NCBI RefSeq assembly: GCF_963921235.1
Contig: NC_086097.1
Location: forward strand, 143,406,001-143,470,000
From: Mobula hypostoma
Taxonomy: Eukaryota
Direction of reading: 5' to 3'
Length of the DNA: 64,000 bases
This document shows positions 54,514 to 64,000 of this stretch, one piece after another. Position 1 is the first letter of the stretch. Every line of letters begins with the position of its first letter. A model generated the notes under the pieces. That model was not told where the DNA came from. It ran no database searches and saw only the letters and a list, made by a program, of their open reading frames with translations. The position numbers and the translations under genes were made by a program.

Positions 54514-55449
54514 ATGACTGTGAGGGCAGTTTGCTGTTCTCGGTGTCGGATGTGGGAGGCCCTGGAGTCTCCAAGCCTCCCGGACGTCTACATCTGCGCC
54601 AAGTGCATCGAGTTGCAGCTCCTAAGGGACCGCGTTACGGAACTGGAGCTGCAGCTCGATGACCTTCGTCTGGTTAGGGAGAGCGAGGAGGTGATAGAGA
54701 GGAGTGGAAGGCAGGTGGTCACGCCGGGGCCACGGGAGGCAGACAAGTGGGTCACGGTTAGGAGGGGGAAGGGGAAAAGGAAGGTGATGGGGAGTACCCC
54801 GGCGGCTGTGCCCCTTAACAACAGGTACTCCTGTTTGAGTACTGTTGGGGGGGACAGCTTACCCGGGGGAAGCGACAGTGGCCCTGCCTCCGGCACAGAG
54901 TCTGGCCCTGTAGCTCAGAAGGGTAGGGCAAGGAAGAGGAGGGCAGTTGTGATAGGGGACTCGATAGTAAGGGGGTCAAATAGGCGATTCTGTGGACGCA
55001 GTCCAGAGACTCGGATGGTAGTTTGCCTCCCTGGTGCCAGGGTCTGGGATATTTCTGATCGTGTCCAAGATATCCTGAAGTGGGAGGGTGAAGAGCCAGA
55101 GGTCCTGGTACATATAGGTACCAATGACATAGGCAGGAAAAGGGATGAGGTCCTGAAAGAAGAATATAGGGAGCTAGGAAGGGAGTTGAGAAAAAGGACC
55201 GCAAAGGTAGTAATCTCGGGATTACTGCCTGTGCCACGCGACAGTGAGAGTAGGAATGCGATGAGGTGGAGGATAAATGCGTGGCTGAGGGATTGGAGCA
55301 GGGGGCAGGGATTCAAGTTTTTGGATCATTGGGACCTCTTTTGGCGCAGGTGTGACCTGTACAAAAAGGACGGGTTACACTTAAATCCTAGGGGGACCAA
55401 TATCCTGGCAGGGAGATTAGCGGGGGCTACTGAGGTGACTTTAAACTAG
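54514..55449 (+). CDS. CR1 ORF1p: Cys-rich N-terminus, coiled coil, SGNH esterase
   Basis: CSRC...CAKC, heptad region LLRDRVTELELQLDDL, SGNH blocks GDS, PGA, GTND, DGLH; open from ATG 54514 to TAG. Confidence 0.9.
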   Translation: MTVRAVCCSRCRMWEALESPSLPDVYICAKCIELQLLRDRVTELELQLDDLRLVRESEEVIERSGRQVVTPGPREADKWVTVRRGKGKRKVMGSTPAAVPLNNRYSCLSTVGGDSLPGGSDSGPASGTESGPVAQKGRARKRRAVVIGDSIVRGSNRRFCGRSPETRMVVCLPGARVWDISDRVQDILKWEGEEPEVLVHIGTNDIGRKRDEVLKEEYRELGRELRKRTAKVVISGLLPVPRDSESRNAMRWRINAWLRDWSRGQGFKFLDHWDLFWRRCDLYKKDGLHLNPRGTNILAGRLAGATEVTLN

Positions 55450-55454
55450 AATGG

Positions 55455-56306
55455 TTGGGGGGTGGGAATCAAATTAAAGCGGCTAGGTGTGAGGAGGTTA
55501 GTTCACAACAGAGGGATGGGAACCAGTGCAGAGAGACAGAGATTTGTAAAGTGAGCGTAGAAGCAAAAAGTACAAAGGGGAAAAGTAAAAGTGGCAGGCC
55601 AACAAATCCAGGGCAAGCATTAAAAAGGGCTAAGAGAGTTGTAAAAGAGCGCCTGAAGGCTTTATGTGTCAATGCAAGGAGCATTCGTAATAAGGTGGAT
55701 GAATTGAAAGTGCAGATTGTTATTAATGATTATGATATAGTTGGGATCACAGAGACATGGCTCCAGGGTGACCAGGGATGGGAGCTCAACGTTCAGGGAT
55801 ATTCAATATTCAGGAGGGATAGACACGAAGGAAGGGGAGGTGGGGTGGCGTTGCTGGTTAAAAAAGAGATTAACGCAATAGAAAGGAAGGACATAAGCCG
55901 GGAAGATGTGGAATCGATATGGGTAGAGCTGCGTAACACTAAGAGGCAGAAGACGCTGGTGGGAGTTGTGTACAGGCCACCTAACAGTAGTAGTGAGGTC
56001 GGAGATGGTATTAAACAGGAAATTAGAAATGTGTGCAATAAAGGAACAGCAGTTATAATGGGTGACTTCAATCTACATGTAGACTGGGTGAACCAAATTG
56101 GTAAAGGTGCTGAGGAAGAGGATTTCCTGGAATGTATGCGGGATGGTTTTTTGAACCAACATGTCGAGGAACCGACTAGAGAGCAGGCTATTCTGGACTG
56201 GGTTTTGAGCAATGAGGAAGGGTTAATTAGCGATCTTGTCGTGAGAGGCCCCTTGGGTAAGAGTGACCATAATATGGTGGAATTCTTAACATGGAGAGTG
56301 ACGTAG
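55455..56306 (+). CDS. CR1 ORF2 AP-endonuclease part (before frameshift)
   Basis: NARSI, ITETWL, YRPP, MGDFN, SDHN motifs. Confidence 0.85.
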   Translation: MGGGNQIKAARCEEVSSQQRDGNQCRETEICKVSVEAKSTKGKSKSGRPTNPGQALKRAKRVVKERLKALCVNARSIRNKVDELKVQIVINDYDIVGITETWLQGDQGWELNVQGYSIFRRDRHEGRGGGVALLVKKEINAIERKDISREDVESIWVELRNTKRQKTLVGVVYRPPNSSSEVGDGIKQEIRNVCNKGTAVIMGDFNLHVDWVNQIGKGAEEEDFLECMRDGFLNQHVEEPTREQAILDWVLSNEEGLISDLVVRGPLGKSDHNMVEFLTWRVT

Positions 56307-58450
56307 TTAATTCAGAAACAAAGGTTCTGAACTTAAAGAGGGGTAACTTTGAAGGTATGAGACGTGAATTAGCTAAGATAGACTGGCAAATGACACTTCA
56401 AGGATTGACGGTAGATATGCAATGGCAGGCATTTAAAGGTTGCATGGATGAACTACAACAATTGTTCATCCCAGTTTGGCAAAAGAATAAATCAAGGAAG
56501 GTAGTGCACCCGTGGCTGACAAGAGAAATTAGGGATAGTATCAATTCCAAAGAAGTAGCATACAAATTAGCCAGAGAAAGTGGCTCACCTGAGGACTGGG
56601 AGAAATTCAGAGTTCAGCAGAGGAGGACAAAGGGCTTAATTAGGAAGGGGAAAAAAGATTATGAGAGAAAACTGGCAGAGAACATAAAAACGGACTGTAA
56701 AAGCTTTTATAGATATGTAAAAAGGAAAAGACTGATAAAGACAAATGTAGGTCCCCTGCAAACAGAAACAGGTGAATTGATTATGGGGAGCAAGGACATG
56801 GCAGACCAATTAAATAATTACTTTGGTTCTGTCTTCACTAAGGAGGACATAAATAATCTTCCAGAAATAGTAAGGGACAGAGGGTCCAGTGAGATGGAGG
56901 AACTGAGTGAAATACATGTTAGTACGGAAGTGGTGTTAGGTAAATTGAAGGGATTGAAGGCAGATAAATCCCCAGGGCCAGATGGTCTGCATCCCAGAGT
57001 GCTTAAGGAAGTGGCCCAAGAAATAGTGGATGCATTAGTGATAATTTTTCAAAACTTGTTAGATTCTGGACTAGTTCCTGAGGATTGGAGGGTGGCTAAT
57101 GTAACCCCACTTTTTAAAAAAGGAGGGAGAGAGAAACCAGGGAATTATAGGCCGGTTAGCCTAACGTCGGTGGTGGGGAAACTGCTGGAGTCAGTTATCA
57201 AGGATGTGATAACAGCGCATTTGGAAAGCGGTGAAATGATCGGACAAAGTCAGCATGGATTTGTGAAAGGAAAATCATGTCTGACGAATCTCATAGAATT
57301 TTTTGAGGATGTAACTAGTAGAGTGGATAGGGGAGAACCAGTGGATGTGGTATATTTGGATTTTCAAAAGGCTTTTGACAAGGTCCCACATAGGAGATTA
57401 GTGTGCAAACTTAAAGCACACGGTATTGGGGGTAAGGTATTGGTGTGGGTGGAGAATTGGTTAGCAGACAGGAAGCAAAGAGTGGGAATAAACGGGACCT
57501 TTTCAGAATGGCAGGCGGTGACTAGTGGGGTACCGCAAGGCTCAGTGCTGGGACCCCAGTTGTTTACAATATATATTAATGACTTGGATGAGGGAATTAA
57601 ATGCAGCATCTCCAAGTTTGCGGATGACACGAAGCTGGGTGGCAGTGTTAGCAGTGAGGAGGATGCTAAGAGGATGCAGGGTGACTTGGATAGGTTGGGT
57701 GAGTGGGCAAACTCATGGCAGATGCAATTTAATGTGGATAAATGTGAAGTTATCCACTTTGGTGGCAAAAATAGGAAAACAGATTATTATCTGAATGGTG
57801 GCCGATTAGGAAAAGGGGAGGTGCAACGAGACCTGGGTGTCATTATACACCAGTCATTGAAAGTGGGCATGCAGGTACAGCAGGCGGTGAAAAAGGCGAA
57901 CGGTATGCTGGCATTTATAGCGAGAGGATTCGAGTACAGGAGCAGGGAGGTACTACTGCAGTTGTACAAGGCCTTGGTGAGACCACACCTGGAGTATTGT
58001 GTGCAGTTTTGGTCCCCTAATCTGAGGAAAGACATCTTTGCCATAGAGGGAGTACAAAGAAGGTTCACCAGATTGATTCCTGGGATGGCAGGTCTTTCAT
58101 ATGAAGAAAGACTGGATGAACTGGGCTTGTACTCGTTGGAATTTAGAAGATTGAGGGGGGATCTGATTGAAACGTATAAGATCCTAAAGGGATTGGACAG
58201 GCTAGATGCGGGAAGATTGTTCCCGATGTTGGGGAGGTCTAGAACGAGGGGTCACAGTTTGAGGATAGAGGGGAAGCCTTTTAGGACCGAGGTTAGGAAA
58301 AACTTCTTCACACAGAGAGTGGTGAATCTGTGGAATTCTCTGCCACAGCAAACTGTTGAGGCCAGTTCATTAGCTATGTTTAAAAGGAAGTTAGATATGG
58401 CCCTTGTGGCTACAGGGGTCAGGGGGTATGGAGGGAAGGCTGGGTTCTGA
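56291..58450 (+). CDS. CR1 ORF2 reverse-transcriptase part (after frameshift)
   Basis: 719-aa open frame with [21 protein letters not shown]. Confidence 0.9.
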   Translation: MESDVVNSETKVLNLKRGNFEGMRRELAKIDWQMTLQGLTVDMQWQAFKGCMDELQQLFIPVWQKNKSRKVVHPWLTREIRDSINSKEVAYKLARESGSPEDWEKFRVQQRRTKGLIRKGKKDYERKLAENIKTDCKSFYRYVKRKRLIKTNVGPLQTETGELIMGSKDMADQLNNYFGSVFTKEDINNLPEIVRDRGSSEMEELSEIHVSTEVVLGKLKGLKADKSPGPDGLHPRVLKEVAQEIVDALVIIFQNLLDSGLVPEDWRVANVTPLFKKGGREKPGNYRPVSLTSVVGKLLESVIKDVITAHLESGEMIGQSQHGFVKGKSCLTNLIEFFEDVTSRVDRGEPVDVVYLDFQKAFDKVPHRRLVCKLKAHGIGGKVLVWVENWLADRKQRVGINGTFSEWQAVTSGVPQGSVLGPQLFTIYINDLDEGIKCSISKFADDTKLGGSVSSEEDAKRMQGDLDRLGEWANSWQMQFNVDKCEVIHFGGKNRKTDYYLNGGRLGKGEVQRDLGVIIHQSLKVGMQVQQAVKKANGMLAFIARGFEYRSREVLLQLYKALVRPHLEYCVQFWSPNLRKDIFAIEGVQRRFTRLIPGMAGLSYEERLDELGLYSLEFRRLRGDLIETYKILKGLDRLDAGRLFPMLGRSRTRGHSLRIEGKPFRTEVRKNFFTQRVVNLWNSLPQQTVEASSLAMFKRKLDMALVATGVRGYGGKAGF

Positions 58451-59845
58451 GTTGGATGATCAGCCATGATCATAATAAATGGCGGTGCAGGCTCGAAGGG
58501 CCGAATGGCCTACTCCTGCACCTATTTTCTATGTTTCTATGTTTCTATGTTATCCTACACTTTGCCTCAGGCCCAATTCTGACACAGAGTTTCAACTCAA
58601 AATGTTGACGATTCTTATACCACTCACTGATTTTGCTTGAACTTTTGCGTTTGTCTGCAGATTGTTTGTTGCTCTGGATTCCAACATTTGCAGTCACTTG
58701 TGTCTCTAACTTATCTAGACCATATTTAACACATGTTAGTGAAACAGGAGGCCTGTCAACCCATTAGTTCTGTTCGATCTTTTCTAGGGAATTCTCCATT
58801 TATTGCTCTAATGTCTTCCCATTGCATTAACTTTAAATATTTAATTTTCTCTTAAGTAATGGTATCTATTTCAGCAATTCTCTGGTGAAAATATTTCCAG
58901 GCTCTGTGCATTGAACGTTAAAATAAAGTTTTCCTCGTTGTTTAAATGTCAGTATTACAATGGTGTCCATGGCTGTGCAATCAGAGGTAAAAGTATTCCG
59001 TCAGGCTGTATCAAAACACTTGCATTAAATCTCCCCTAATCTATCATGCTCCAGGGGAAATAATATCTCATCTCAACTGCAGTTAGGTTTTCTGACCTCT
59101 GGCATCGTCCTGAAGAACCTTGTTTTCTCTTTTCTATAACAGTGCAGACAAAAATGTATTTGTTATTAACTGTCAAGGAACCAACATATGCAACACTTAG
59201 TATGACTCCTTCACTTCTGTTTTTGAAGAGATTTCAGATAACTGGTTTTCATTGCCGGTATCAGAACGGGCTGCCTCTTCAGTAAGTATTCCATCTGTAA
59301 TACTGCCTCAGTCGTTTACTCTGCCTTAGCACTAACTGACCTGCTGGGAACGTCCAAGTACTGAAATTTGCAATTTTCCACATTCCTCTGTTTATATTCT
59401 CAGTTCCCGCCCCCCCCCACCTCCACCACCATTTACCCATTGACCGATGACCTCTAGCACCTATACCCATGGCAACTTTGGCCTTACTATATTACCAATA
59501 TTTCCTTTAGTTTTTCCATCCATCCTTTAATTTCTCTCATACCAAATTCTTATGAAAGGCCCTCAGCTTGAAAGATTTACCCTGTTTTTTTTCCCTACAG
59601 ATTCTGCCTGACCTGCTATGTGTTTCTAACATTTTCTGTTGTATTCATTTCCCTTTTACCAACCCCTAAATACCCTTGGCAATTTTGTAGCCTGATTAGA
59701 CTTTTAGGGAATTATACATTGGGATGCCTAGTTTGCTGTCTTTAATCAGGCCACTCACTTCAAGGCACAAGTATGGTCTTTGGTTAAGTGAAGAAACTAA
59801 CTTAAGTTAAAGACATCACACCTGTCACAGAACACTGTTCTACCT

Positions 59846-60811
59846 TCAACAAGAGAAAAATTGCAGATACTGGATATCCGAGCAACACACACAAAATGGT
59901 GGAGGAACTCAGCAGGCCAGACAGCAGTCCTGCCGAAGGTTTCAGCTCGAAACTTGGACTGTACTTTTTTCCATAGATTGAATTGAATTAACTTTATTTC
60001 TTACATCCTTCACATACATGAGGAGTGAAAATATTTATGTTACGTCTCCATCTAAATGTGCCATCTGCAATCATAGTAATTTGTAATAAATAGAACAGTC
60101 AATGTAATACACCCAAATCAGTGTGAGTTCAGCAGTCTGATGGCCTGGTGGAAGAAGCTGTCCCAGAGCCTGTTGGTCCTGGCTTTCATGCTGCAGTACC
60201 GCTTCCCGGATGGTAGCAGCTGGAATAGATTGTGGTTGGAATGGTTTGGGTCCCCAACGATCGTACAGACCCTTTTTACACACCTGTCCTTGTAAATGTC
60301 CTGAATCATGGGAAGTTCACAACTACAGATGCGCTGGGCTGTCCGCACCACTCTCTGCAGAGTCCTGCGATTAAGGGAGGTACAGTTCCCATATCAGGCA
60401 GTGATACAGCCAATTAGGGTGCTCTCAAAATTGTGCCCCTGTAGAAAGTTCTTAGGATTTGGGCACCCATACCAAACTTCCTCAACTGTCTGAGGTGAAA
60501 GAGGCACTGTTGTGCCTTTTTCACCACACAGCTGCTGTGCATGGAGCATGTGAGGTCCTCGGTGATGTGGATGCCAAGGAGCTTGAAGCTGTTTACCCTC
60601 TCAACCCCAGATCCATTGATGTCAATAGGGGTTAGCCTGTCTCCATTCCTCCTCTAATCCACAGCCAGCTCCTTTGTTTTTGCGACATTGAGGGAGAGGT
60701 TGTTTTCTTGACACCACTGTGTCAGAGAGATGACTTCTTCCCTGTAGGCCACCTCATTATGCTCAGATGCTGCCTGGCCTGCTGAGTTCCTCCAGCATTT
60801 TGTGTGTGTTG
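59846..60811. mobile_element. Miniature Penelope-derived inverted element (13-bp TSD) interrupted by a Rex1/Babar fragment (~59978-60760, -)
   Basis: cactgttctacct at 59833-59845 and 60812-60824; inner minus-strand HNLFQLLPSGKRY...DSFFHQAIRLLN. Confidence 0.8.
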
Positions 60812-61540
60812 CACTGTTCTACCTCTCATCAGTGATCTTTGCTCTTCTTTGAGCTTCTACAAATTGGATTACCTACAGCAAGAATCTCAAGAGACCGGAA
60901 AAACAATACCAACCCAGTCACTGCAGGATTCCTCAAAATCATTGGAGTGATGTAAACTAAAGTCTGCATCCTGTCCCAGGTCAACATCCCCAGCACTGAG
61001 GCACTGATACACCCAGTCACCTCTGTCGGGCAAGCCACATCATTGAGATACCCAACAGCAAACTCCTGAAACAGGAATACTTGTCAGTTTCTTTACATTG
61101 ATTACAAAATCACAGTTGCTGTAGTTCTTATGAGCAAGGCATTTAAGGGTTCATATACAGAAATAACTGAAACCTGTTGATCATTTGCAAAAGATCATTT
61201 AAGTAGACCTAAAATATTTCAGTCTTTAACTAAAATGGACTGGAACACAAAGGTTGTTAAAAGCTCTATATAGATTGCATTTGAAATTCTTTGTTGGCTT
61301 GGAGGAAAGGCAGCTTAAATTGTTCAGGAAGAGGAAAGTTCTAACAACAATGCCAAGGCTGGGACACCGTTAAGATGAGACAGGATGACTTAGTGTAGGG
61401 TTGGTTTTCTGGAAAGAAGTCTAAAGGCCTTTTCATTCCAAACCTTTTGTAATGAATATAACATGCCTCTAGGTATGAATGGATTCTGAAAATTGAAAAT
61501 GTAACTAATTATTCCATTTATTGTGCCAATTTCCCAATAG

Positions 61541-61621
61541 ACGGCACTGACCTGTAATGGAGAGATTACAATTCAATACGATGTCCCAAGACCAGTAAGA
61601 ACTTCGGTCACCTGCGTACAG
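61541..61621 (+). CDS. Cathelicidin-like precursor exon 3
   Basis: atttcccaatag|ACG...CAG|gtaaga; 81 nt, phase 0/0; TALTCNGEITIQYDVPRPVRTSVTCVQ supplies cathelin Cys3 (C-x-G-x-I/V) and Cys4. Confidence 0.82.
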
Positions 61622-62200
61622 GTAAGAATTTTTTTCCATGATGACTTCACTAGAGATGGCTACAAATCGATGGTGTATGTAAAGGAATGCTGATTGGACA
61701 AACCAGATGTAACTTCTCAGATTGGAGATAGTAATCATTAGTTGTTAGTGCTTCAAAGAGAGGGCAATTAATTGAAAGTTAATATCAGGCAAAGACTATA
61801 TCTGGTGATACAGGGCCTAATGGAAACTGTTGGTATCACTGCCACTAAGTCCCCACAGATCCAAGGTCTTGCCAGTGACTGAACGGACAGATTTATCCAC
61901 CACATAAATACATGACTACTACAGCAAGCTAGTGTTGCGCTTTGCAATTCCAAATCATTAAACTAATTAAAAGAAAGACACAGGACTGGGAATGCAAGGC
62001 TAACTTCATTTTTTACTTTAAGCAAAAAATGAAGTTAGACTTGCATTCCCAGTCCTTGCATTTCCAGTATCGCATGGTAGCGTCCTGACATATGCAGTTC
62101 ACTTATTTTCACATGAAAAGCCTGAAATGAATTATATAAACAAACAAAAATGCTTAATCAAACAATATATTTACAGTATTACCCAAATACTACTGAAATA

Positions 62201-62890
62201 GGAGGAGAACATGGCGGTGCGACGGAGCGCGCGCGGCCTCTCCGGTGATGAATATCTGTTATCTGTCAAGTAGGGGACCGTGCACAATTCTGATTTGATG
62301 GAGATTGATGTGAGAGTACGAAGGAACATCTGGAAAACTTCTGAAATGCCCGCTTTGCTGCCGCTGCTACTGTGTGGTAACCGGAATCTCCGGAGCAGAA
62401 GACCCCGAAATCCTCGGCTTTGCTTGTTTCAGTGGCCGGGGCTAGGTCGAAAGCGCTCGGCAGAGGATAGCGCTCGGGAGGCTGTATTGGAGGGGCTGGT
62501 TGGAGGCTCGGAGTTTTCGGACAGATGGACTCAGTGTCGGCTGTGGTCGGCTGCTTCCAAGGCATCGGCAAGTTGACGGTGCCTGGAGGTTTATGGCAGG
62601 GAGTTTCTCCCTTTTGCCACCTGCTGTCGGGTACTCGGGAGTTGATCGACTCGGGGATTTTTGAGACTTTTTTTACCGTACCCATGGTTTGTTCTTCATC
62701 GAATTATGGTATTGCTTTGCACTGCTGTAACTATATGTTATAATTATGTGGTTCTGTCAGTGTTAGTCTTTGGTTTGTCCTGTTTTCTGTGATATCACTC
62801 CGGAGAAACATTATATCATTTCTTAATGCACGTATGCATTTCTAAATGACAATAAAAGAGGACTGAGTGTTCTCATAATCTAAATGTAAA
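62201..62890 (+). mobile_element. Young CpG-rich unclassified retroelement inserted in the LTR
   Basis: Starts aacatggcgg, retains CpGs, ends gacaataaaa...aatctaaat; flanked by aaata on both sides. Confidence 0.55.
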
Positions 62891-63224
62891 TATTAAATAC
62901 ACAATTTAATATTCCCTGTTCAGCTATAAACTCCAACTCAATACAGAATGCATCTCAACTATATAATTCAACTACTATACAGATGTCCATAGCATAGTAA
63001 CTTTTAAATGGTCCTATTCAGTTCTAAAGGTTCAATTGCTGTGGAGGATTTCTTACTCTTGTGGGATAACTTGTTCCCTGACTAGGGGGATCACTCTGCT
63101 TGGCAGGTGAGACTTATGGCTGTGAAACAATCCCAGGTTCTGAGGCCTTTTCTGTGGTGGTTGTAGGAGTTGACTCTGGGACTGCAGGAAGTGGTTCTGA
63201 CAGCTCTGACCACCTTTCTACTCT

Positions 63225-63891
63225 ATAGCAATAATAACAGGGTTGTTGTGATGGGAGATTTTAACTTTCCTAATATTGATTGGCATCTCCTTAGTGCAAG
63301 GGATTTAGATGGGGTGGAGTTTGTTTTGTATGTTCAGGAAGGTTTCTTGAAGCAATATACAGATAAACCTCACTACAGGAAGAATGTGGAAACCATAGAA
63401 AGGGTCCAGAGGAGACTTACAAGGATGTTGCCTGGATTGGGGAACATGCCTTACGAGAATAGGTTGAGTGAACTTGGCCTTTTCTCCTTGGAGTGATGGA
63501 GGATGAGAGGTGACCTGATAGAGGTGTATAAGGTAATGAGAGGCATTGATCATGTGGATAGTCAGAGGCTTTTTCCCAGGACTGAAATGGCTAACACGAG
63601 GGGGCATAGTTTTAAGGTGCTTGGAAATAGGTTCTGAGGGGATATCAGGGACAACTTTTTCCTACACAGAGAGTGGTGGGTGCGTGGAATGCACTGCCAA
63701 TGGTGGTGGTGGAAGTGGATACGATAGGGTCTTTTAAGAGACTCTTAGAAAGGTACATGGAGCTTATAAAGAGGAAGGCTATACAGTAGGGAAATTCGAG
63801 GCAGCTTCTAGAGTAGGTTACACGGTCAGCACAATGTTGTGGGTTGAAGGGCCTGTAATGCGCTGTAGATTTCTATGTTCTATGTTCTATG
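63225..63891 (+). mobile_element. Internally deleted CR1 fragment
   Basis: Endonuclease motif VVMGDFNFPNIDW fused directly to 3' RT motif PHYRKNVETIERVQRR; (ttctatg)n tail. Confidence 0.8.
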
Positions 63892-64000
63892 ACATCAGAC
63901 ACAATCTCCACTGTTCTGTCCTTAAACTTTCTGAGATTGTTCTTTTGATCACCTCTGTAGTCCCTCAACAGGACTGTTTGTCTAGGACTGAAATATTGAA

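Larger units (their letters stand above)
53696..58551 (+). mobile_element. Near full-length young CR1 LINE in cathelicidin-like intron 2
   Basis: Tandem 5' array, GC-rich UTR, ORF1, ORF2 (EN and RT, one frameshift), (tttctatg)n tail. Confidence 0.95.
61933..64000 (-). mobile_element. Gypsy-type LTR retrotransposon 3' remnant (pol C-terminal tail and 3' LTR ~61933-62905), with nested insertions
   Basis: Minus-strand FSPRQTVLLRDYRGDQK (~63990-63940) and SEPLPAVPESTPTTTT...YPTRVRNPPQQL (~63200-63030) resemble post-integrase tails; AT-rich LTR-like segment ending CA at 61933. Confidence 0.6.

Noticed and set aside
61859-62088. Candidate short terminal exons (IQGLASD*, YRMVAS*) for the cathelicidin-like gene
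   Set aside because: Weak or LTR-derived acceptors and no cationic peptide character.

Overview
Repeat-dense vertebrate genomic DNA. The CR1, Penelope, Rex1 and SINE repertoire looks like a cartilaginous fish, probably a ray (inference). Three host genes can be reconstructed from splice signals. (1) The last four coding exons of NACAD (+, 200-9604). (2) A complete but atypical 376-aa cytoplasmic-type actin gene (-, CDS 27611-27486 and 26251-25247) with a single coding intron, plus a decayed relic of a second actin copy near 40.3 kb. (3) Three phase-0 exons of a cathelicidin-like precursor (+, 49823-50002, 53120-53227, 61541-61621) giving a signal peptide and a complete four-cysteine cathelin domain; the exon for the mature peptide was not found and probably lies beyond the window. 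The ORF track does not assemble this gene. The rest is mostly transposable elements. These include a very young, nearly full-length CR1 with an esterase ORF1 and a tandem 172-bp promoter-like 5' array inside the cathelicidin intron, plus near-identical truncated siblings. There are also nested and tandem CR1s, Penelope-like elements and their miniature inverted-repeat derivatives carrying minimal hammerhead-ribozyme motifs, Rex1/Babar and RTE fragments, tRNA-derived SINEs, and a Gypsy LTR remnant. All alignments were done by eye, so repeat boundaries are approximate.
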